Shown: positions 9,799-17,575, counted from the stretch's first letter. The stretch is DNA of 64,000 nucleotides from a virus (IMGVR_UViG_2603880160_000004:1-64000), one strand, 5' to 3'. Numbers and translations are program-made. The notes: generated by a model not told the origin, from the sequence alone.

Positions 9799-11451
9799 TT
9801 ATTCTACAATCAAATTAATTTTGTTTCCGTTTCCGTCTACCGCATCTGCCAACACTGTGTAGAATAGACCAGCGGTATTAGATATTGTTTCTTTTGGTAT
9901 AAAGGTTAATTTATATGGTGTACCAATTTTAATTCTTGCCGTTTTAGTTTGATCCATTGAACCGAATGTTAATCTACCTTCTCCGTTTGTTGAGAAGTTA
10001 GTTACATTGGGTCCTGCATCAAATGATATATTATCAAAGGTTAATTTTGAATTGTCATATTGTAAGATAACCTCTAAACCTGCTAACCCTTCTTTTGTTA
10101 GTGTTCCTGTTAATACGACTTTACCATTAACAATTGTAGATGTCAAACCTAATGTTGCCTTTTCAATTGTTTGAGTATATGACATTGATTGAACGCTAAA
10201 TGACTTAATCGTTGATGTACTTTTTTCATTAATTGAATTGGAATAATTTCCAGTAGAAACTCTACTTGCAATTGTATCAGGATGTGATGAATGTGACCAA
10301 TCTAAATCACCTCCCCAAGCATATACCATATCCACCGCCTGATTTGAACTTGTTACTTTTGTTTTGTAAGTAGGAACACCATCTAACCAACTTTGATTTA
10401 ATAAACCACTAAACCATTTGTATAATCCACTATTTGTACTCAACGGAATCCATGCACTATCTTTTACATTCGCAACACCCATTACATACGCAAATGAGTA
10501 ATATGAATCACTTTCACTAAATAAACCTTTATTTTTTGTAATCAATCCTATCTTTTTTTCCAATACAGGTCTTGTAAAATATGTAGCAGTACCATTGATA
10601 TTGGTTTGTGAGATACCTAAAAATGATTTATATGCGTCTGATACTGTTATTATATTATTCATAAATGTCTTTCCAGTTGCACCATACATCCATACTGCCA
10701 AACTATCACCAACTTTAACTTCCGTTGTAAATGTTGCCTCACCACTTGCGTCCAATGATTTTGTTGCAATTGGTGTTACATTAAAATCAATAGTACCATC
10801 GGTTTTTATTGGAAATAACGCAACACTATGTGCTGTAATGTCATATCCTGATGGGAATAAAACTCTTACTTTAAATTGAGATGTATTACCTGTGACGTTA
10901 GATAATGACATTGTTCCAGGATCAGTAGTAATTGGTGTTATATAAGCACTTGTTGCATCAATTGAATATGATAAGTCCAATTTATGAATATCGGTATATG
11001 CACCCAAATCTTTAATTACATATTTTTGAGTTGCAACATCTCCGTTGATTGACGCATCGGTTCTTTGTACAGTCAATTGACCTACATTCCAATCTGCGTT
11101 AGTTGCATATGACCAAGGTGATACTAAATATTGTGCATATAAATCTTTAGCAGTAATACTATTTGCAGTACTTGCCGTAAATCTATATGACGACCAACCT
11201 GTATAGAATGTTTGAACTGATGTTCCTTGGGAGAATGTTGTTGAAACATATGCAAGTGCCTTATTATTAAATTGGTATCTTAACCAAAAATAACGAGGTG
11301 TAGTTGTACCTCTTGCAACTGTATACTTTACAGAAATTGTATCACCAACTTTTAATCCTGTTGTAGGTGTTACAGATTGGTTTACCGTTAATTGTGCGTT
11401 TGTTGCTATGGATATTACTAGTATTCCAATTAGCGTTAATAGTTTTTTCAT
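9799..11451 (-). CDS. Secreted protein with cohesin-like domains, partial paralog of 7186-9795
   Basis: Signal peptide; ITVSDAY, GGDLDWSHS and GLEVILQYDNSKLTF match the neighbouring gene. Confidence 0.7.
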   Translation of the reverse strand: MKKLLTLIGILVISIATNAQLTVNQSVTPTTGLKVGDTISVKYTVARGTTTPRYFWLRYQFNNKALAYVSTTFSQGTSVQTFYTGWSSYRFTASTANSITAKDLYAQYLVSPWSYATNADWNVGQLTVQRTDASINGDVATQKYVIKDLGAYTDIHKLDLSYSIDATSAYITPITTDPGTMSLSNVTGNTSQFKVRVLFPSGYDITAHSVALFPIKTDGTIDFNVTPIATKSLDASGEATFTTEVKVGDSLAVWMYGATGKTFMNNIITVSDAYKSFLGISQTNINGTATYFTRPVLEKKIGLITKNKGLFSESDSYYSFAYVMGVANVKDSAWIPLSTNSGLYKWFSGLLNQSWLDGVPTYKTKVTSSNQAVDMVYAWGGDLDWSHSSHPDTIASRVSTGNYSNSINEKSTSTIKSFSVQSMSYTQTIEKATLGLTSTIVNGKVVLTGTLTKEGLAGLEVILQYDNSKLTFDNISFDAGPNVTNFSTNGEGRLTFGSMDQTKTARIKIGTPYKLTFIPKETISNTAGLFYTVLADAVDGNGNKINLIVE

Positions 11452-11453
11452 AC

Positions 11454-12101
11454 TTACTTATCAAATAATTTAGTTATTAATTTATCTGCCGATTTTTTTA
11501 AGGCATTACTAAGTGACGTTTGATTAAATTGACCTCCTTCGTCCACGATTAATGTTGACATGGATATTTCTGAAGATGATTCCTCAACCATTATTTCTTT
11601 TTCTTTCTTACCATCCTTATATAAAGTTCCTTTCATACGAATGACAACTTCTTCTTCATTTTTGTGAAAAACCGAAATGTTCTTTTTTGTTGTTAGAACA
11701 TCTAAAAAAATAATTTGAACTTTTAATTTGTACGGTGCTGATGGTGTCAAATCATACCCTTTCTCCTGTAAGAATTCTTCTAATGTGTTTTTAACACCGA
11801 AAGCTAAGTTTCTATTACCGGCCAATTTACCCATCTTAACTTCATTGGTAACACTTTCAACCCAAATGTGGTCTTCAGCCACATAGAATATGTTTTCAGG
11901 TGAGTTTTTGAATGTACCATCAATTCTCCACGAAATCCAATTTGATATGTCTCTTGTTATTTCTCTATTACCTGAAAATTCCAAGACCGCCATGGAAATT
12001 CCAAATAGAACTGCAAATATTACCCATGTAATTGCTAAGTATAAAAAACCTAAAAAGATTTTATCACTTATGTTGTTTGTTAATGTTCTTAATTTTTCCA
12101 T
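11454..12101 (-). CDS. Membrane-anchored CsgG/TolB-N-like protein
   Basis: N-terminal TM; FGVKNTLEEFL...FNQTSLSNALKKS resembles the C-terminus of 1390-2109 (FNQSTISIATKKA). Confidence 0.5.
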   Translation of the reverse strand: MEKLRTLTNNISDKIFLGFLYLAITWVIFAVLFGISMAVLEFSGNREITRDISNWISWRIDGTFKNSPENIFYVAEDHIWVESVTNEVKMGKLAGNRNLAFGVKNTLEEFLQEKGYDLTPSAPYKLKVQIIFLDVLTTKKNISVFHKNEEEVVIRMKGTLYKDGKKEKEIMVEESSSEISMSTLIVDEGGQFNQTSLSNALKKSADKLITKLFDK

Positions 12102-12257
12102 ATTGTCCTAAGTTTAAAATTCTCTCAGGACTACACATTAATATAATATGTCATATCTTGAGAGAGATACGTTTATTTTTTGTCTGTTTATAAATACTTT
12201 ACTTTAATGGACTGACAATAGTCATTCGTAATTTTTTAACAAATAATTAATCTTTTT

Positions 12258-12289
12258 CTTGTTTATGTATATATTTATATGTATCTTTG
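12258..12289 (+). promoter_or_regulatory. Bacteroidota sigma-A-type promoter overlapping a TATTTATA motif
   Basis: cTTG 12258-61, 20 nt, TATCTTTG 12282-89; TATTTATA 12272-79. Confidence 0.65.
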
Positions 12290-12319
12290 TAAAAAGAAAG
12301 AAAAATTAAACAAAATTCA

Positions 12320-12415
12320 ATGAGACAATTTACACATACAACGTCACCGATGAACCAACAAAATTGGAATGACAGTTCTATGTCCATATGTCTTGATGAT
12401 ACTGATGTAGGTTAA
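12320..12415 (+). CDS. Putative leader peptide (31 aa) of the tRNA operon
   Basis: MRQFTHTTSPMNQQNWNDSSMSICLDDTDVG between promoter and terminator, A-rich upstream context. Confidence 0.5.
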   Translation: MRQFTHTTSPMNQQNWNDSSMSICLDDTDVG

Positions 12416-12438
12416 TTTAGTTTAACTTAAAATATTAG

Positions 12439-12477
12439 AAAACCTCGGGACTTAAAAATCTCGGGGTTTTTTGTTTT
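12439..12477 (+). terminator. Intrinsic terminator/attenuator before the first tRNA
   Basis: AAAACCTCGGGA-loop-TCTCGGGGTTTT followed by T tract. Confidence 0.75.
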
Positions 12478-12484
12478 ATACATA

Positions 12485-12561
12485 TAGGGTAATGGACTAA
12501 TGGCTAAGTCACTTGCTTTGGGAGCAAGGCATCATGGAGGTTCGAGTCCTCTTTACCCTAC
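12485..12561 (+). tRNA. tRNA-Pro(TGG)
   Basis: Acceptor TAGGGTA/TACCCTA; anticodon arm CTTGC-TTTGGGA-GCAAG; GGTTCGAGTCC. Confidence 0.9.
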
Positions 12562-12568
12562 AAACATA

Positions 12569-12639
12569 TCCGGTTTGGTGCAATGGCAGCATGAAGGTCT
12601 CCAAAACCTTTGATTACAGTTCGAGTCTGTAAACCGGTG
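12569..12639 (+). tRNA. tRNA-Trp(CCA)
   Basis: AAGGT-CTCCAAA-ACCTT; T arm TACAG-TTCGAGT-CTGTA. Confidence 0.9.
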
Positions 12640-12644
12640 CAAAG

Positions 12645-12715
12645 TGTCCTTTAGTATAGTGGTAGTACAGATGGTTTTGGTCCATCTAGCTGTGGTTCGA
12701 GCCCACGAGGGACAA
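12645..12715 (+). tRNA. tRNA-Gln(TTG)
   Basis: TGTCCTT/AGGGACA; GATGG-TTTTGGT-CCATC. Confidence 0.9.
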
Positions 12716-12722
12716 CTAACAT

Positions 12723-12795
12723 GGTGATTATAGCCTAACGGTTAAGGTGGAAGCTTGTGGCGCTTCAGATGTGAGTTCGATTCTCACTAATCACA
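12723..12795 (+). tRNA. tRNA-His(GTG)
   Basis: G-1, GTGATTA/TAATCAC; GAAGC-TTGTGGC-GCTTC. Confidence 0.9.
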
Positions 12796-12800
12796 CATAT

Positions 12801-12901
12801 TGCGGGGAGAGAGGTCTCCCACCGGTCTCATCGGTCTTTAGGTCTTTATAGAGCTAATACCGTTAAGCCGAGTGTCTCAGGATCATTCCCTGACCCCGCA
12901 A
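12801..12901 (+). tRNA. Initiator-tRNA-Met(CAT)-like gene with 33-nt anticodon-loop insertion and reduced D arm
   Basis: TGCGGGG/CCCCGCA-A acceptor; CCGGT-CTCAT[12832-12864]AA-GCCGA; T arm TCAGG-ATCATTC-CCTGA. Confidence 0.55.
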
Positions 12902-12922
12902 CAAAAAAAAGATTTAAAATAT

Positions 12923-12974
12923 TTTGTGATTTCACAACTTATTACTATCTTTGTAAAACAATGGATCTTTGAAA
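12923..12974 (+). promoter_or_regulatory. Bacteroidota promoter plus boxA-like antitermination site
   Basis: TTTG 12923-26, 19 nt, TATCTTTG 12946-53; GATCTTTGAAA at 12964-74. Confidence 0.7.
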
Positions 12975-12989
12975 TATTGAAAATAACAC

Positions 12990-13062
12990 GCCTCGTTAGC
13001 TCAGTTGGTAGAGCAAGTCATTTGTAATGATTAGGTCTGCGGTTCAAGTCCGTAACGAGGCT
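12990..13062 (+). tRNA. tRNA-Thr(TGT)
   Basis: GCCTCGT/ACGAGGC; loop TTTGTAA; canonical D and T arms. Confidence 0.92.
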
Positions 13063-13064
13063 CA

Positions 13065-13275
13065 ACAGGTGACGACGGTGGTGTAACCCCACTGTCTATG
13101 AATCCCAAAAGATCCGTCTGACTCGCGAGGTAGGGCGGTGAGGGTAAAGTTACTATAAGTCGGGACTAATTAACCCAATACGAAAATGTAACCACCGAGT
13201 AAAGTTTGCTGAGACGTGATGTAAATCCAACCAAACTTCGGTCATGATGTACATAGATGGTACGAAAAACCTGTA
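13065..13275 (+). ncRNA. Unidentified multibranch structured RNA
   Basis: ACAGGT/ACCTGT closing stem plus several nested helices; no ORF. Confidence 0.45.
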
Positions 13276-13359
13276 ATTTTTTGAGACTAACTCAACGAGG
13301 ACTTTGTTAACCAGTGCATGACACGGAGGTGCAACTTAAGTTGGGTTGGAATCAAACAC

Positions 13360-13432
13360 GCTTCCTTAGCTCAGTTGGTAGAGCGCAAAACTGTTAATTT
13401 TGAAGTCGGGGGATCGTGACCCTCAGGGAGCG
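13360..13432 (+). tRNA. tRNA-Asn(GTT)
   Basis: GCTTCCT/AGGGAGC; CAAAA-CTGTTAA-TTTTG; atypical T loop ATCGTGA. Confidence 0.88.
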
Positions 13433-13524
13433 CAACGTGATAATCACTCCACGCAAGTGGTAAGCACCCGGCAGTAACACCGGGATGGCAATGTGATTAT
13501 TAAGAGGTAAGGAAAAGACTAATA

Positions 13525-13597
13525 GGACTTGTAGCTCAGCTGGTAGAGCAAGACACTCATAATGTCGAGGTCGGGGGATCATACCCCTCCGAGTCCA
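13525..13597 (+). tRNA. tRNA-CAT (Ile2-lysidine or elongator Met)
   Basis: GGACTTG/CGAGTCC-A; loop CTCATAA; atypical T loop ATCATAC. Confidence 0.85.
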
Positions 13598-13668
13598 CAG
13601 TAGGTGTCCAAAGCATTAAGGACTTAATGGTGGTAAAGAGTTAAATAATTAAGCCCCACCTATGAAAT

Positions 13669-13739
13669 GGACTGTTAGTTAATTAGCATAACGCTGGTTT
13701 GTCACATCAGTATGAGGGGAGCGTAACCCCTACGGTCCG
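13669..13739 (+). tRNA. tRNA-Asp(GTC)
   Basis: GGACTGT/ACGGTCC-G; CTGGT-TTGTCAC-ATCAG; atypical T loop AGCGTAA. Confidence 0.8.
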
Positions 13740-13933
13740 CACGGTTTGGTTAGTCACCGAATAGTATGTCCAATATGATGAGAAATGGTTTGACAACCAT
13801 ATGGAAACGTACATTGACGTATAGGAAGAACGTCAGGGGATATCACCCCGACCTCGTGAGGACGAAATGATTATTCCTAACCCGAAAGGGGACAGCTACG
13901 ACACCTGTGAGTTGGATAAATAAAGGTGTCAAC

Positions 13934-14022
13934 GGAGAGATGGCAGAGTTGGTCTATCGCGACAGTCTTGAAAACTGTAGACTGTAACAGGTCCGTGGGT
14001 TCGAATCCTACTCTCTCCGCCA
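13934..14022 (+). tRNA. tRNA-Ser(TGA)
   Basis: GGAGAGA/TCTCTCC-GCCA; loop CTTGAAA; long variable arm. Confidence 0.93.
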
Positions 14023-14254
14023 GTGCTGAGTTTTGGTTGATGACCGAACACTACTTCTCATCAATTTAGTGGAAACTCAGAGGAATTGACACCTCGGAAA
14101 GACGAGGATTTTTAATCACAAATAAAAATGTGAGTTATAGTAAAGTAGCCAATTATAAGCCAACATAAAGCTGTTGGGTACAGACGGAGTAATTAACCAG
14201 AGTACAGTGCACCGATTGTGATACTATAACAAATACCCATTTGAGTGATTATTT

Positions 14255-14329
14255 GTTCTTGTCGACTAAGGGTTAGGTCACCTCCCTTTCACGGAGGTAA
14301 TACGGGTTCGAATCCCGTCGGGAATACCA
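14255..14329 (+). tRNA. tRNA-Glu(TTC)
   Basis: CCTCC-CTTTCAC-GGAGG; GGTTCGAATCC; encoded CCA. Confidence 0.92.
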
Positions 14330-14380
14330 TATGTTTATTAAATAATTTTTTGTATATTATTTATATTATATTACAAAATT

Positions 14381-15280
14381 ATGAAAATATTAGTCACAGG
14401 TGGTCATGGTTTATTAGGGACTTATCTACAAAAGGAAATGGATGGGATTTATTTAAGTTCTAAAGATTTCAATTTAACAAAAGAAAGTGAGGTTATTAAA
14501 ATGTATGAAACACATCAACCAGATGTTGTGGTACACTTAGCGGGTAAAGCGGGTGGAATGTTTGATCATATGAAAAATCCATTTTATTATTTGGAAGAGA
14601 ATATCTTAATGAATACATATGTAATGAAATATGCTCACGAATTTAATGTAAAAAAATTCGTAGGTACATTATCAACATGTATATATCGTGATGTTGCTGA
14701 AAATTATCCATTGGTTGAAGAAGAATTATATGAAGGTCAACCACATGAATTTCATATTGGTTATGCTTATTCAAAAAGATTAATGGGTATACATATTAAT
14801 GTGGCAAAAAAACAAGGACTTAATTATTCTTATGTTGTTCCATCTAATTTATATGGTTTATATGAAACGGGTGATATAACAAGAAAACATTTTGTTGGGG
14901 CGTTAATTGATAAAATTATTAAGGCCAATATTAATGGAGATAAGAAAATTACAATTTTAGGTGATGGATCACCATTAAGACAATTCACATATACTGAAGA
15001 TGTTGCGAAAATTATTGCAAGAGTAGTTAAAGAAGATGTTAGTGTTAATATGAATATCGCCACACCTGAAAATTTATCGATAGCCGAAATGGTTAGACAG
15101 GCATTAATTGCGACCGACTCACAACATCTTGAAGTTGAATGGGATACAACACAACCTAATGGTCAATATAGAAAAGATGTTAGTATTGAAAAATTACAAA
15201 CATCATTTCCTGACTTTCAATTTACATCGTTTGTAGATGGAATAAGAAAAACACACGAAGAATTAAAAAAGAAATACTAA
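14381..15280 (+). CDS. fcl: GDP-L-fucose synthase family epimerase/reductase
   Basis: ILVTGGHGLLG, HLAGKAGG, STCIY, YAYSKR, PSNLYG, GDGSPLRQF, QPNGQYRK. Confidence 0.85.
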   Translation: MKILVTGGHGLLGTYLQKEMDGIYLSSKDFNLTKESEVIKMYETHQPDVVVHLAGKAGGMFDHMKNPFYYLEENILMNTYVMKYAHEFNVKKFVGTLSTCIYRDVAENYPLVEEELYEGQPHEFHIGYAYSKRLMGIHINVAKKQGLNYSYVVPSNLYGLYETGDITRKHFVGALIDKIIKANINGDKKITILGDGSPLRQFTYTEDVAKIIARVVKEDVSVNMNIATPENLSIAEMVRQALIATDSQHLEVEWDTTQPNGQYRKDVSIEKLQTSFPDFQFTSFVDGIRKTHEELKKKY

Positions 15281-15996
15281 TGAAAAAAATGGCGGTTTTA
15301 ATTAATGGTGAATTTAGAGAATTCGATATCGCCATTAAATCTTGGAAATTTATCAATGAAATTGATTGTGATATCTATGTCTCAACATGGGATAAAACAA
15401 TACAAATTAATAAAAAATTAAATGTACATATTGAAGAAGATATCACCGAAGATAATATCAAAAAACATTTTCCAAATGCAACTGTTTCAATTTTAAAACA
15501 AAGTGATTACGATTTTTCATTTGAAACAAGTTGGCACAATGCTAAACAAATATTTCATTGGAAAAATTCATTAAGAATGATGAAAGAAAGTGGAATTGAG
15601 TATGATGTGGTTATGATGACAAGACCCGATAACTATATTCATTGTGCATTTAGTTCTGAAGATTTTTTTACAATGAATGAAGAAAAAACATTACATGGTC
15701 CGTTGGCAATACACGTGTCTGGACCAAATAAACAATATTTTGTTTTGGATTATTTTTTTGTAGGGTCGGTGGAAAGTATTTCAAGAATGGTTGAGACAAT
15801 ACCCGATAGAATGGATGGTAATATTCACGGTGAATTATCAAGACACATACTTTCTTTAGATATGTTCGTTAAACCTCTACAAGAGTTTAGACAAACAGTT
15901 GTGAGACCTACTTTAAGAGGAATTGAAAATGTGGATATTGATTTGGTGGATAAGAAATTTTGGGAGTGGGGTCAAAATCACGTTAATTGGGAATAA
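15280..15996 (+). CDS. Putative glycosyltransferase-like protein
   Basis: AVLINGEFR, DIYVSTW, YDVVMMTRPD pattern common in phage sugar clusters. Confidence 0.55.
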   Translation: MKKMAVLINGEFREFDIAIKSWKFINEIDCDIYVSTWDKTIQINKKLNVHIEEDITEDNIKKHFPNATVSILKQSDYDFSFETSWHNAKQIFHWKNSLRMMKESGIEYDVVMMTRPDNYIHCAFSSEDFFTMNEEKTLHGPLAIHVSGPNKQYFVLDYFFVGSVESISRMVETIPDRMDGNIHGELSRHILSLDMFVKPLQEFRQTVVRPTLRGIENVDIDLVDKKFWEWGQNHVNWE

Positions 15997-16047
15997 ATTA
16001 TTTTGTTTTTAGAATAAGTTGATATATCTTTGTAAAAAATAAGAATT

Positions 16048-16278
16048 ATGTTAGTCGGATATTATGTTATTTGTGTCATTTATTGTTTCTACCAATTATT
16101 TAAAAATTTAAATAAAAGGTATAGTAATGACCCTACAGGTGGTTCACCAGAATTAGACTCAATTATGGTATTGGTGATGGCTTGGGTATTAGCACCTATC
16201 GACGTTTCATTAACATGGATTCGTTGGTATAAAGAAGCTGAGGAAGCGAGAATAAGACAAAATAGAAGGGTTTTATAA
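16048..16278 (+). CDS. Small membrane protein
   Basis: Two hydrophobic segments; TATCTTTG promoter element upstream. Confidence 0.6.
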   Translation: MLVGYYVICVIYCFYQLFKNLNKRYSNDPTGGSPELDSIMVLVMAWVLAPIDVSLTWIRWYKEAEEARIRQNRRVL

Positions 16279-16444
16279 GATATGGGTCTACGATGGAAGA
16301 CCACAAGGAGAATAGATGTTTTTCATCCATCGAATGTCAATAGTGCTGACTGCTACGGAGAGACAAGACAGAAGTGAAGGAACTGTCCCTATTGATTATT
16401 TTGTTTTCTAAAAAAAAATTCTTATATTATTAAAAATATAAACT

Positions 16445-16669
16445 ATGAAATGTATTAAGTTAATCAAGGCTAGTAAGGGACACGAAATAGGTGAAATGTC
16501 AAGAACCGAAGATAATGAAGCGGAATTAAGAGTTAAGGGTGGTAATTGGGCATTTGCACCAAAAACCGAATATAAACTATATAAAAATCCTGAGTATAAA
16601 ACTAAGAAAGAAACTGTTAAAGTTCAATCTAAAAAACAAGGGAAAAAAAATAAAGTTGAAAATAGTTAA
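16445..16669 (+). CDS. Hypothetical Lys-rich protein
   Basis: 74-aa ORF with A-rich start context. Confidence 0.6.
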   Translation: MKCIKLIKASKGHEIGEMSRTEDNEAELRVKGGNWAFAPKTEYKLYKNPEYKTKKETVKVQSKKQGKKNKVENS

Positions 16670-16760
16670 GAAATAATTTTGAATATTAAAAAAGATTTCT
16701 TATCTTTGTAAAAGAAGGGTGAATAACCTGAAAGACAATAACAGTTCTTTGAATTAAAAA

Positions 16761-17575
16761 TATTGGCCGTCTATAGTCAATAAAATAAACCATGAAAGTG
16801 GGATAAAGTGAGGAGTCCTTGGTTGGGACAAATTGCGGATTCAGTAATGGATCTCGAGTAGACAAGTGGAATATCATTTGACCTGAAGTAGTGAGGGTAA
16901 CTCCGTAGCGAAAGGGTTGGATGACCAAGCAATCCGAGTTGTTTGGTTGAGATGGGAACATCAACAAGAATAATCCATAGAGTTCATGTAAGAAGTATAG
17001 TTATCCAACTATATCATTGCGTAATTCAATACAATGGTGGTCTTAAAACTGTAGCGTCGTAAGACGGAAAGTATGACAAAAAACAGATGGTGCTGTTAGT
17101 GTCCTTGAATAAATCCTACCAAGGGTTTAATCTCGAAGGAAACCAAAAATATGATGACAGGGATGTCGTATCGGGTAGTTTAGTATCGAGTCGCTCAAAA
17201 GGTGATTTGGCTGGTCACGAACCGCTACCTGGATAATTCGGAAACTAAATTTTTATTTTGGTATAAAAATCATACATAAAAAGAAAAAGTGTTCGTGCGT
17301 GGTGTTCGATAGGTCACTACATAGTTGTGAGGGGTTCACAGCCATAAAGGGTCTCAAGCCCAATATGATTTTTAAGAAAGTTCTCTAAACCCGCAAGGTT
17401 GAATCAGGTCGGCAGATTTGATGAGTGATGAGTATTAATAGAGTAGGATATCACGAAAGGATTGGTTAATCTAATTAACCGTGACTGAAACTTACAAATC
17501 AAAAGTTTGTGGAAATAAGGGGAAACAAATAATCCTTTTAAAGAGTTTCATTAAGACATGTATTCTCAGTGTTTT
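16761..17575 (+). ncRNA. Large (~800 nt) structured ncRNA, probably GOLLD
   Basis: ORF-poor, GC-raised, many hairpins; promoter TTTG-N19-TATCTTTG (16678-16708), boxA GTTCTTTGA (16744); motifs ACAGATGGTGCTG and terminal GTATTCTCAG resemble GOLLD as recalled; near tRNAs. Confidence 0.6.

Noticed and set aside
13601-13663. Pistol ribozyme (GTTAAATA..TTAAGCCC similarity)
   Set aside because: Could not build P1 with a pseudoknot loop or the P3/GU cleavage junction.
14145-14230. GTTATAGT/ACTATAAC match to the 23S H69 loop
   Set aside because: Only 8 nt, AT-rich, and self-paired within its own stem; likely chance.
12485-14329. HDV-like theta ribozymes after tRNAs
   Set aside because: No convincing nested double pseudoknot found by eye; a descriptor search is needed.
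13394-14463. ORFs 13394-13582 (-) and 14245-14463 (+)
   Set aside because: They overlap clear tRNA genes; spurious.
16686-16967. 93-aa minus-strand ORF
   Set aside because: Antisense to the large ncRNA and its promoter; no protein-like features.
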